Shown here: positions 9,780 through 18,659 of the stretch, in pieces
Position numbering within the stretch: position 1 is the first letter of the stretch
How the letters are laid out: every line of letters begins with the position of its first letter
Origin: Candidatus Woesearchaeota archaeon
Lineage (GTDB): Archaea; Nanobdellota; Nanobdellia; Woesearchaeales; GW2011-AR9
Assembly: GCA_018696595.1 (NCBI GenBank)
Contig: JABHQW010000003.1
Location: 96,001 to 160,000, forward strand
DNA: 64,000 bases
Direction of reading: 5' to 3'
Translations under genes and position numbers: made by a program
The notes under the pieces: generated by a model
What the model was told of the DNA's origin: nothing
Seen by the model: only the letters and a program-made list of their open reading frames with translations
Databases searched by the model: none

Positions 9780-11179
9780 TTAAAGAATCTATATTTAAAA
9801 GTAGAAAATTAAAAGACATTCACAAAGAGATACAAACGGTTTATTTAAGTGATGATAGACCTTGGGTTATTGGATTTAGTGGAGGAAAAGATTCTACAGT
9901 TATTTTACAACTAATTTGGTATGCATTATCCGAATTACCAAAAAATAAATTAAAAAAAACTATACATGTTATTTCTTCAAATACTTTAGTAGAATCACCT
10001 ATTTTAATTAATTATGTTGGAAAGATTCATAAGTTGATCAATAGCAAAGCAAAAGAGCAAGGGATTCCAATTACTGCCACACACATTTTTCCCAAAGTAG
10101 AAGACACTTTTTGGGTTAATTTAATTGGAAAAGGTTATCCTGCACCAACAAGAATGTTTAGATGGTGTACAGAAAGGTTAAAAATTAAACCCGCTGATGA
10201 GTTTATTTTTAATACAGTAAGTAAGTATGGTGAAGCAATCGTTGTTTTAGGAGTTCGTAAAGAGGAAAGTACTTCAAGAGAACAAAGTATGAATACTTAT
10301 AAAATTCAAGGTTCTTTGTTATCAAAGCATTCAAAATTCTCACAGGCGTATGTTTATACCCCCATTGAAGAATTTACTGTGGATGATGTTTGGTCATATT
10401 TATTACAAAAAAAGTCTCCTTGGGGAGCTAATAATAGGGAACTATTAACAATGTATTCTGATAAGAATAGTGGAGAATGTCCATTAGTAGTAGATAATAC
10501 TTCTCCTAGTTGTGGTGGGTCTAGATTTGGTTGTTGGACTTGTACATTGGTTAAAAAAGATAAATCAATGGATAATCTAATCTCTAGTGGTGAAAAATGG
10601 ATGCAACCTTTGTCTGATTTTAGAGTTAAACTATATGAAACAACAGATCCTGAAAAAAAGTATAAATTTAGAGATTTTAAGAGTAGAAGAGGTTTTGTAA
10701 GGTTAAAAAATGATGGAAGCGGAAAAATTGCTAGAGGCCCATACAAATTCTCTTATTGTAAGGAATTGTTATTAGAATTATTAAAAATTCAAATGAAATT
10801 TAATGAACAAGGGATTGATTTTCAGGTAATTAATGAAAATGAGATTCATGAAATTAGGAAAATTTGGCGTAATGAAAGAAATGATTGGGAAGACTCAATT
10901 CCAAAAATGTATGAATCAGTATTAGGGAAAAGCCTTAATTGGGTTCAAGATGATTTCGGGGAATTTTCGGTTTCTGAAAGAGAATTATTGAAAAGAATCT
11001 GTGAAAAAAATAATGTCTCAACAGATCTAATATTAGAATTATTAGATGTAGAAAAACAATTCCAAGGAATGACCCGTAGAGCAAATATTTATGCCAAACT
11101 AGGATCGACATTAAAAAAAGAATGGAGGTCTGAAGAAGAATTTTTAGATTCTTTAAAAAAGAAAAATGAAAATAAATGA
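9776..11179 (+). CDS. dndC: DndC (PAPS reductase-like phosphorothioation protein); N-terminus extends 86 codons upstream of the called ORF, probable ATA start
   Basis: In-frame upstream sequence encodes DDRPWVIGFSGGKDS and SNTLVESP; downstream GKGYPAP..FRWCTERLKI and SCGGSRFGCWTC; no ATG/GTG/TTG between the in-frame TGA (9749) and TTG 10034. Confidence 0.88.
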   Translation: MVKESIFKSRKLKDIHKEIQTVYLSDDRPWVIGFSGGKDSTVILQLIWYALSELPKNKLKKTIHVISSNTLVESPILINYVGKIHKLINSKAKEQGIPITATHIFPKVEDTFWVNLIGKGYPAPTRMFRWCTERLKIKPADEFIFNTVSKYGEAIVVLGVRKEESTSREQSMNTYKIQGSLLSKHSKFSQAYVYTPIEEFTVDDVWSYLLQKKSPWGANNRELLTMYSDKNSGECPLVVDNTSPSCGGSRFGCWTCTLVKKDKSMDNLISSGEKWMQPLSDFRVKLYETTDPEKKYKFRDFKSRRGFVRLKNDGSGKIARGPYKFSYCKELLLELLKIQMKFNEQGIDFQVINENEIHEIRKIWRNERNDWEDSIPKMYESVLGKSLNWVQDDFGEFSVSERELLKRICEKNNVSTDLILELLDVEKQFQGMTRRANIYAKLGSTLKKEWRSEEEFLDSLKKKNENK

Positions 11180-13130
11180 AGTTAAATTAAATAATTATGG
11201 CCTGTATCATGGCACTCAAACTTTTGATCTTAGAACTACTGGTTCTAAAAATATAATCCTAATTGGTGGAGAGAATGGGCATGGTAAAACAACTTTATTT
11301 GATGCCATAAAACTCGCACTATATGGAAAGAAGTCCGCAGATTTTAGTTTAACTAATCAAGAATATCAAGAATTATTATTCAGTAAAATTCATGACTCTG
11401 CTAGTGTTGAATCGGCAGATCATGCTGGAATAGAAGTGGAATTTGAACATTCAGTTCTAGGAGAAATTAATAAATATCGAATTAAGCGATTTTGGAATGT
11501 ACGTAACAATAAAATTATTGAAGATTTTGAAGTTTCCCAGAATGGAAAAACTCTGGATGATTTCTCTTTTGAACAATGGGAAGATTTTATTAATGACTTA
11601 ATTCCTCAAGGATTGGCAAAATTATTCTTTTTTGATGGAGAAAAAATACAAAATTTAGCAGAAGATAAAAATAATCAATATTTATCTGATGCATTTAAAA
11701 GTTTATTAGGTATAGATTTAATTGAAAAATTAAAAGCTGACCTTAGAATATATTTAATTCGGAATACAAACGGGAAAGAATCTTCTGACATTGAAAAAGA
11801 AGTAACTAAATTAAATAAAAATAAAATCATTTTATCAAAACAAATTGATGGTATAGACTCAAATATTGAGAAAAATGATTTATTTTTGAAAAAAAACATC
11901 AAACAAATAAAATATCTTGAGAATGCACTCTCTGTAAAAGGGGGGAATTTTGCTCGTGATCGTGATTCTTTGAAACAAAAATCAAACGAATTGGATGTTA
12001 AAATTAATTTTTGTGAAGAAAAAATACGTTCAATGTGTAATGAACAATTACCTTTTATTTTTTCTCCAAAATTAAATTTATCTCTTTTAACTAGATTAAA
12101 AGTTGAAAGAGAGTCAAAACACAACCAAATTGCTTTTGATAAGGTGATCTCTGCCATAAAAGAAATAAAAAATGAATTAGTTAGCAGTAAGAAAAATGAT
12201 AAATCAGTTTTGAATATTTTGGATAACAAAATTAAAAGCTTCAATATTGAAGGAGACCAAAATGAAGTTCACAAAATATCAGATAGTCACTTTTTTAGAC
12301 TTACAAATTTAATTGGAACAGATATTGATGAAACCAAAAAAGGATTTATTAATTTAGTTAAGGACCACGAACAATTAACTTATAAAAAAACAAAATTAGT
12401 AAAACAATTAGGAATTGTCCCTGATGAATTGGATCTAAAGCCTTACTTTGAAAAATTAGGTAAGTGTAATAAAAAATTAGGAGAATTTAATTCATTTAAA
12501 AAACAGTTGTTAGAAAAGAAAAAAACTTTTGATTTCAAAATAAATCAGTTAGAAAGAGACATTGATAAAAAAATTGATATGATCAGGACAATTAATAAGA
12601 AAGATGAAATTATCCAATCAATAAGCAAGGTAGAATCTGTTTTAACTGAATATCATGGTAAATTGCATGATTTTAAAATGAAAGAATTTTCTAAATATTT
12701 TCTTATGTGTTTTGATAGTATATCTAAGAAGAAGAACATTTTTTCAAAAGTAGAATTAGATCCTAAAACATTTAATGTTTATTTATGGAAATATAGTAAT
12801 AATAAGAGGATCTCAAAGAATCAACTTTCTACAGGAGAAAAACAATTATATGCTATTGCTGTTTTATGGACATTAATAAAAATATCTCAAAGACCTCTTC
12901 CTTTTATTATTGATACTCCCTTAGCCAGACTTGATGTTAAAAATAGGAATAATATTGTCAATAATTTTTTTCCCAATGCAAGTCATCAAATCATTATCCT
13001 CTCAACAGATACTGAAATTGATCAGAATTATCATGGTATTCTGAAAAATAAAATTTCAAGAGAGATGGTTTTAGATTTTAATGATGAGAAAACAAGAATA
13101 ATTCCTGGTTATTTTTGGGGTGAAAAATGA
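11166..13130 (+). CDS. dndD: DNA sulfur modification protein DndD (SMC-like ATPase)
   Basis: GENGHGKTT, LFFFDGEKI, LSTGEKQ, FIIDTPLARLD, LSTDTEID. Confidence 0.92.
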   Translation: MKINEVKLNNYGLYHGTQTFDLRTTGSKNIILIGGENGHGKTTLFDAIKLALYGKKSADFSLTNQEYQELLFSKIHDSASVESADHAGIEVEFEHSVLGEINKYRIKRFWNVRNNKIIEDFEVSQNGKTLDDFSFEQWEDFINDLIPQGLAKLFFFDGEKIQNLAEDKNNQYLSDAFKSLLGIDLIEKLKADLRIYLIRNTNGKESSDIEKEVTKLNKNKIILSKQIDGIDSNIEKNDLFLKKNIKQIKYLENALSVKGGNFARDRDSLKQKSNELDVKINFCEEKIRSMCNEQLPFIFSPKLNLSLLTRLKVERESKHNQIAFDKVISAIKEIKNELVSSKKNDKSVLNILDNKIKSFNIEGDQNEVHKISDSHFFRLTNLIGTDIDETKKGFINLVKDHEQLTYKKTKLVKQLGIVPDELDLKPYFEKLGKCNKKLGEFNSFKKQLLEKKKTFDFKINQLERDIDKKIDMIRTINKKDEIIQSISKVESVLTEYHGKLHDFKMKEFSKYFLMCFDSISKKKNIFSKVELDPKTFNVYLWKYSNNKRISKNQLSTGEKQLYAIAVLWTLIKISQRPLPFIIDTPLARLDVKNRNNIVNNFFPNASHQIIILSTDTEIDQNYHGILKNKISREMVLDFNDEKTRIIPGYFWGEK

Positions 13131-13492
13131 ATGACTTTACTAGAATGAGAATATCTAATGATGCTACTTTCAAATTACGCTCTTTAAAACAAAGAACAGG
13201 ATTAACTCCAAATTTATTGTGTAGGGTTGGTTTATGTTTCTCATTGGAAAATGACCTACAAAATGATCTGGTTCCCTTAGATGAAGATGGGCAAGAGTTT
13301 AATCGTCAAACTTTATTGGGTGAAAATGACTTATTTTTTATTTCACTCATTAAGGAAAAATGTGCTTTAATGGGATTAGATTCTGAAAAAGATTTTATGC
13401 AACAATTTAAGTATCATTTGAATAATGGGATTTTAGTCTTACATGGAAGGGTTAAAAGTTTAACTGATTTAACAAACCTTATTGAAAAATGA
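13127..13492 (+). CDS. dndE: DNA sulfur modification protein DndE
   Basis: LKQRTGLTPNLLCRVGLCFSL...GQEFNRQTLLGE; 4-nt overlap with dndD. Confidence 0.9.
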   Translation: MNDFTRMRISNDATFKLRSLKQRTGLTPNLLCRVGLCFSLENDLQNDLVPLDEDGQEFNRQTLLGENDLFFISLIKEKCALMGLDSEKDFMQQFKYHLNNGILVLHGRVKSLTDLTNLIEK

Positions 13493-14607
13493 AAATAATC
13501 TATTGTGATAATAACTCCACTACTCAAGTAGATAAGAAAGTACTAAATGAAATGTTGCCTTACTTTTGTGAGAAATTTGGTAATGCTTCTAGTATTGACC
13601 ATGTTTATGGAAATGAATTATTACCTGAGATCAAGAAAGCAAGAGAGTCTATTGCTAAAGTAATTAATTGTGATTTTGATGAAATTATATTCACTAGTGG
13701 TGCTACTGAATCTAATAATTTGGCAATTATGGGCACAGTTGAGCAGTTAAAAGAAAAAGGAAATCATATTGTTACTTCTTCAATTGAACATAAATCAATT
13801 TTGAATGTTTGTCAAGAATTAGAAAAAAGAGGTTTTCAAGTTACTTATGTTTCTCCTGACAAGAGCGGAGTGTTGAAATCTGAAGATATTAAGTCTGCAA
13901 TTACTGATCAAACTATATTGATTTCGATTATGGGTGCCAATAATGAAATTGGCACTATTCAACCTATCAAAGAAATTGGCATTATTGCTAAAGAAAAAGG
14001 AATTGTATTTCATACTGATTCTGCACAAGCTTTTGGAAAAATTTCTTTAGATGTAAATAATATTGATTTAATGTCAATATCATCGCATAAAGTGTATGGT
14101 CCTAAAGGAATTGGTGCTTTATTTATTAGAAGAGGAGTAAAAATAAAACCTATCATTTTTGGTGGTGGCCAAGAAGGAAAGATACGACCAGGCACCTATA
14201 ATGTTCCAAGCATAGTTGGTTTTGGAAAAGCAAGTGAATTAGTTTCATTAAAGAATCAAGAATTAATTAAAAATTTAACTATGAATTTATATGATCGTTT
14301 GTCTGAACATGTCCAACTAAATGGAGATCTAAATAATCGTATTCCTGGAAATCTAAATTTGTTTGTTGAGGATGTTGATTCAAAAGCTTTAATTAATGAA
14401 GTAAAGACAAGTCTTGCAATTTCTGCAGGTTCCGCTTGTAATAGTGATGAAGTAACTCCTTCTCATGTTATTCTAGCTTTAGGATATGATGATAATAGAG
14501 CATATAGTAGTATTAGAATTGGATTAGGAAGATTTACAACGGAAGAAGAAATAAATAAAGTGGTAAATGTTTTAATTCCAGCAATTAAGAAACTGAGAAA
14601 TTTATAA
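13489..14607 (+). CDS. dndA: cysteine desulfurase DndA/IscS
   Basis: FTSGATESNN, HTDSAQ, PLP-lysine SSHKVYGPKG, catalytic SAGSAC; 4-nt overlap with dndE. Confidence 0.9.
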   Translation: MKIIYCDNNSTTQVDKKVLNEMLPYFCEKFGNASSIDHVYGNELLPEIKKARESIAKVINCDFDEIIFTSGATESNNLAIMGTVEQLKEKGNHIVTSSIEHKSILNVCQELEKRGFQVTYVSPDKSGVLKSEDIKSAITDQTILISIMGANNEIGTIQPIKEIGIIAKEKGIVFHTDSAQAFGKISLDVNNIDLMSISSHKVYGPKGIGALFIRRGVKIKPIIFGGGQEGKIRPGTYNVPSIVGFGKASELVSLKNQELIKNLTMNLYDRLSEHVQLNGDLNNRIPGNLNLFVEDVDSKALINEVKTSLAISAGSACNSDEVTPSHVILALGYDDNRAYSSIRIGLGRFTTEEEINKVVNVLIPAIKKLRNL

Positions 14608-14623
14608 ATATAAATTATAAAAT

Positions 14624-14998
14624 TTAATAATCATTCCCCAAAATCTTGTGTTTAAGCAATAATAATCTGATCTCATGATTCTCCTGATTCTCAAGTTTTC
14701 TTTTAATATTCTCACTTAAGTTTTTCCCGCTTTTATCAATTACTTCTTTAATAATACTAAACACTTTCCGTGATCTATCAATTAAGGGGAATATTGATTC
14801 TACTTCTTCATGTGTCATCCTTCCTAGACGGCATATGGAATACTCTCCATTACCTTGTTTAAATTCTTTAATTATTTGTAACTTTGGATTCCCTTTGTTA
14901 TAAGAATATATTACTATTCTAAATTTAGTTTTTCCTATGTTCACAGATTCTGAGAATAATTCAAGATCTAAATTAACATCATATCCAAATTTAGTCAT
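14624..14998 (-). CDS. PC4-like (putative ssDNA-binding) domain with C-terminal extension; probable start 14998 (MTKFGYDV)
   Basis: LDLELFSESV...YSYNKGNPKLQI...RLGRMTHEEV resembles small archaeal PC4-like proteins; ATGA overlap with the DUF2779 gene stop. Confidence 0.55.
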   Translation of the reverse strand: MTKFGYDVNLDLELFSESVNIGKTKFRIVIYSYNKGNPKLQIIKEFKQGNGEYSICRLGRMTHEEVESIFPLIDRSRKVFSIIKEVIDKSGKNLSENIKRKLENQENHEIRLLLLKHKILGNDY

Positions 14999-16413
14999 TT
15001 CACCAACTCCCTCAACGCTTCTACAATCCAGATCATACCTTCGGTATCTAACTCGCAATACTTAAGCAGATCATCACGGACATCTTCACCGCCGTTGAGC
15101 ATCTTTACAAATAACAAAGAAGCAGTATCGCCATCAGAGATTTCTAAATGAGAATAATCTTTACCAACAATCGCAGGTAAGACTTTCTTTAAAGAAGCTG
15201 AACCTTTCTGTTTAAGATTGTAATAATGAAATTGTCTGAAAGGAACAATTAAATCAACCACTCTACTAACTACGCCCTCAACCCAATCTTTATATTCAGG
15301 AAATACTAAACCTAACTCTCGTAACCGACCAATCTCAAAAGATTGATTATATGTTACAATAGTTCCAGAAGAACCTAAAACTTCTTTCAAAGCTTTAAGA
15401 AATTCTAAGCGACAATCTAATTTAGAACCTAAAAACTCATAATGCTTATCATTAACATGTAAAGACCATTGAAACGGAATTTGTTGGTATGGTTTAGTTC
15501 CATCTAAAATAGGAACAGCTGACCGAAAAGTTTCGAAATCTAAATAGTATAGTTCACCTTTCAAAGTATTAAGAAACTTTTCAATCTCTTCTTTATTTAC
15601 ATGAACTTTTCCATTAATCTCACATTGATGTTGAATACCTTGTTTATCAGATAATTTAAACTCAGAAGGAATGTCTTTCAATTCTAAAATTCCATCTTCA
15701 TATAACTGAAAACTTTTCTTCCCACCACGAGATAAATCAAAAACACTTGAAGAAGGTAAAAATCCCCAACATCCATCTTCTAAAGGACAATCGTAAGGGT
15801 CAGCACAATCTGACGAAATCTTTACAGTAGGACAAACATTAGATCTCATTACTTTAAGCATTTCATCAATCTTTTCTTTAATTCCTGTAACTTCACTAAC
15901 TAAAGAAGTAATATCTTCTTTAACAAAGAACTTTACAGGGTCTATCTCTCCATCTTTAACAAACTTATTATTAACATGCATTAAAAAACAATTCTTAATT
16001 TTCAAACCACATAAAGAATAAACATATTTCTGAAATGCAACATCTTGAATATTAATTTTTTTAACAGAAGCGCCAGATTTAACTTCAATAATGTCCCAAC
16101 CATCTTCATTAGGAACAAGAACGTCTGCCCGAGAATAAACTTCTCCATCTGAATAGGCTGCTTCGAATAAAGGTTTGCCTTCAGACAATAGTTTTCTTGA
16201 ATTAATCAAACTTCCTTTAAAATCAGCTTCAGGGATATCAATGCCTTCTGGAAACATTTTCTTTGCTAACTGACCAACGATATGACCTTGATCAAACTTA
16301 TGTTTAGTAGCTAAATCATGTTCAGGAATTTTATCTTTCTCATGCAAATCTATCCAGAAGTACTTTAAACATTGTAGTCCGACTAAGTATCTTGATTTTG
16401 TTAATAATGCCAT
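14995..16413 (-). CDS. DUF2779-domain protein (N-terminal RecB/PD-(D/E)XK-like nuclease, C-terminal RNase H-like domain)
   Basis: LTKSRYLVGLQC, RADVL...IIEVKS..., DVAFQKYV, YYLDFET, YNQSFE, YCELDT. Confidence 0.8.
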   Translation of the reverse strand: MALLTKSRYLVGLQCLKYFWIDLHEKDKIPEHDLATKHKFDQGHIVGQLAKKMFPEGIDIPEADFKGSLINSRKLLSEGKPLFEAAYSDGEVYSRADVLVPNEDGWDIIEVKSGASVKKINIQDVAFQKYVYSLCGLKIKNCFLMHVNNKFVKDGEIDPVKFFVKEDITSLVSEVTGIKEKIDEMLKVMRSNVCPTVKISSDCADPYDCPLEDGCWGFLPSSSVFDLSRGGKKSFQLYEDGILELKDIPSEFKLSDKQGIQHQCEINGKVHVNKEEIEKFLNTLKGELYYLDFETFRSAVPILDGTKPYQQIPFQWSLHVNDKHYEFLGSKLDCRLEFLKALKEVLGSSGTIVTYNQSFEIGRLRELGLVFPEYKDWVEGVVSRVVDLIVPFRQFHYYNLKQKGSASLKKVLPAIVGKDYSHLEISDGDTASLLFVKMLNGGEDVRDDLLKYCELDTEGMIWIVEALRELVK

Positions 16414-16476
16414 TTTATACTAAAATATAAGCTACATTAAAAATTTAACTAAAACATCGCCCCAAAACACCACTAA

Positions 16477-18189
16477 CTATTCTAAGCCAAATTTTCTTAA
16501 CCTACTTCTTATAGCACCCGGTTGTCGTTTTAGAATTCTAGCAATTTCATCAACTGAAACAGATAGTTCAAATAACCTTCTTAATCTATCATCATCATCT
16601 ACGCCCCAAGAAGCATAAGCATTTGGAGATGTTTCTTGTATTTGTTCTATTCTTTTATGATAATCAGTTTTAATATTTACTTTCTCACTCTCAGTTGTAT
16701 GATCATTAATTACATCTAAAAATGCTTCTCCATAATCACTTAACTTGTTATGACCAACACCTTTAATTTGTAAAAATTCTGCATTATTCTTTGGCAAGTA
16801 TGAAACCATCTCTCTTAAAGAAACATCTCCAAACACAATGTAAGGAGGACAATTTTTTCTTCTGGCAATTTTCAATCTTAAAGCTCTTAACTTCTGAAAT
16901 AAACCAGTATCTACCCCAGAGACTACTATTTTCTTAGAAACTGTTCTTCCCTTAGAGACCACTTCAGAAACCCCAGAAACAACTTTTATCCCAAGACCGC
17001 CTTTACAGATATCACACCCGTTACAATTATTCCCAGAATATGACTCCCCTAAATATTCTAAAATGCTCTTTCTCCGACATAATGAACTTTCACAAAAACT
17101 CATCATTCTGTTCAACTTGTTTAATGCAGTACTTTTCATTAAAGGATTATAAATATTTTTAAGAAAAAATTTATGTTTTATAATATCGCCTCTTGAATAA
17201 AATAAAACACAATCACTGGAAAGTCCATCACGTCCTGCTCTACCAATCTCTTGATAATATCCTTCTAGTGATTTTGAAAACGTATGATGGATTACTAATC
17301 GCACGTCAGGCTTGTCTATCCCCATCCCAAAAGCAATTGTAGCTACAATTATATTTACTTCATCTTTGATAAATAGATCTTGATTCTTCTGTCTTAATTC
17401 ACTAGAAAGACCTGCATGGTATGGTAAGGCGTTAAATCCACCCTCCCTTAACTGTTTAGCAACTTTCATTGTATCTTTACGAGAAAAACAATAAATGATT
17501 GTAGGTTCACCCTGATGTTTTTTTACCAAACCCAATATTTTGTTAAAAGTCTTCTTTTTCTCAGTAACAATTATGTTTAAATTTTCTCTATCAAAACTTG
17601 AAATAAATGTTTGTGGATTTACTAATGCTAATTGTTTTAGAATATCTTCTCTAACTTTTAATGTGGCAGTTGCTGTTAAAGCAATGATGGGCGTTTCAGG
17701 AAATAAAGTTTTGAATAATTTTAAATTTCCATAATCTTTACGAAAGTCATGTCCCCATTCAGAAATACAATGTGCTTCATCAATTGCTATTAAACTGATG
17801 TTAAGTGTTAATAAAAATCTTTTAAATTTTTCTAATGCTAATCTTTCAGGAGCAACATAAAGAATTTTAACATCATTCTGTTTAATTCTTTCTTTAATCT
17901 CTTCAATTTCACTATAAGAAAGAGTAGAATTAATAAATTCTGCTTTAATTCCATTTGCTTTTAAGTTATCAACTTGATCTTTCATTAAAGAAATCAAAGG
18001 TGAAACTACAATGGTAAGTCCTTCAAGTTGAATAGCAGGTATTTGATAACAAATTGACTTCCCTCCACCAGTTGGCATTAGAACCAGTGAATCTTTCTTT
18101 TGTAGAACACGATTAATAATATCTAATTGTAATGGTCTAAATTTATCATAACCAAAATGTTTTTTTAATAATAATTCCATACTTGACAA
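16477..18189 (-). CDS. recQ: RecQ DNA helicase with Zn-binding and HRDC domains plus a C-terminal small helical domain
   Basis: MPTGGGKSICYQIP, IDEAHCISEWGHDFR, ALTATA, YYQEIGRAGRDG, CRR...CNGCDIC, HRDC PPYIVFGD. Confidence 0.93.
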   Translation of the reverse strand: MSSMELLLKKHFGYDKFRPLQLDIINRVLQKKDSLVLMPTGGGKSICYQIPAIQLEGLTIVVSPLISLMKDQVDNLKANGIKAEFINSTLSYSEIEEIKERIKQNDVKILYVAPERLALEKFKRFLLTLNISLIAIDEAHCISEWGHDFRKDYGNLKLFKTLFPETPIIALTATATLKVREDILKQLALVNPQTFISSFDRENLNIIVTEKKKTFNKILGLVKKHQGEPTIIYCFSRKDTMKVAKQLREGGFNALPYHAGLSSELRQKNQDLFIKDEVNIIVATIAFGMGIDKPDVRLVIHHTFSKSLEGYYQEIGRAGRDGLSSDCVLFYSRGDIIKHKFFLKNIYNPLMKSTALNKLNRMMSFCESSLCRRKSILEYLGESYSGNNCNGCDICKGGLGIKVVSGVSEVVSKGRTVSKKIVVSGVDTGLFQKLRALRLKIARRKNCPPYIVFGDVSLREMVSYLPKNNAEFLQIKGVGHNKLSDYGEAFLDVINDHTTESEKVNIKTDYHKRIEQIQETSPNAYASWGVDDDDRLRRLFELSVSVDEIARILKRQPGAIRSRLRKFGLE

Positions 18190-18320
18190 AATTTTAAATT
18201 TAAAGATATATAAGTTTTGTTATTCCTTCAGAATCTTCCCAACCTGCTAGTTTCATGGCAACCAAACATATATTCCCCATTACAAAAGTAATTATAAACA
18301 ATTAAGCAATAACTCATCCC

Positions 18321-18650
18321 ATGTCCAAAACAAATGAACAAAAATTGGTAGATCGGTTAAACCAAGACTTAGAACCTGGAAAATTCATACAACTAGAAGG
18401 AAAAGTTGCTTTTGGCCCATTAGGTGAAGAAAACAAAGTTGATATTGGTGCCCCAGGAACATTGATATATGTTGGACATTTTAGAATTTCTTCAAGTGGA
18501 GACAATCACAGATTAAACTTTAACGGTGGATATTTTGATTTTCATCATGGAAGAGATGCACAAGTTCATGAAAAACAAATTCATATTCCCATCGACAATC
18601 CAGAAAATTATGGGTTAGATTTATTCGGTCTAAGAAAAATCCAATATTAA
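18321..18650 (+). CDS. hypothetical protein
   Basis: 109-aa ORF; no motif recognised. Confidence 0.55.
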   Translation: MSKTNEQKLVDRLNQDLEPGKFIQLEGKVAFGPLGEENKVDIGAPGTLIYVGHFRISSSGDNHRLNFNGGYFDFHHGRDAQVHEKQIHIPIDNPENYGLDLFGLRKIQY

Positions 18651-18659
18651 AAAGTTAAA

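Noticed and set aside
10034-11179. dndC as a 5'-truncated pseudogene
   Set aside because: The missing N-terminal motifs are present in frame upstream with no stop or frameshift; only the start codon is atypical.
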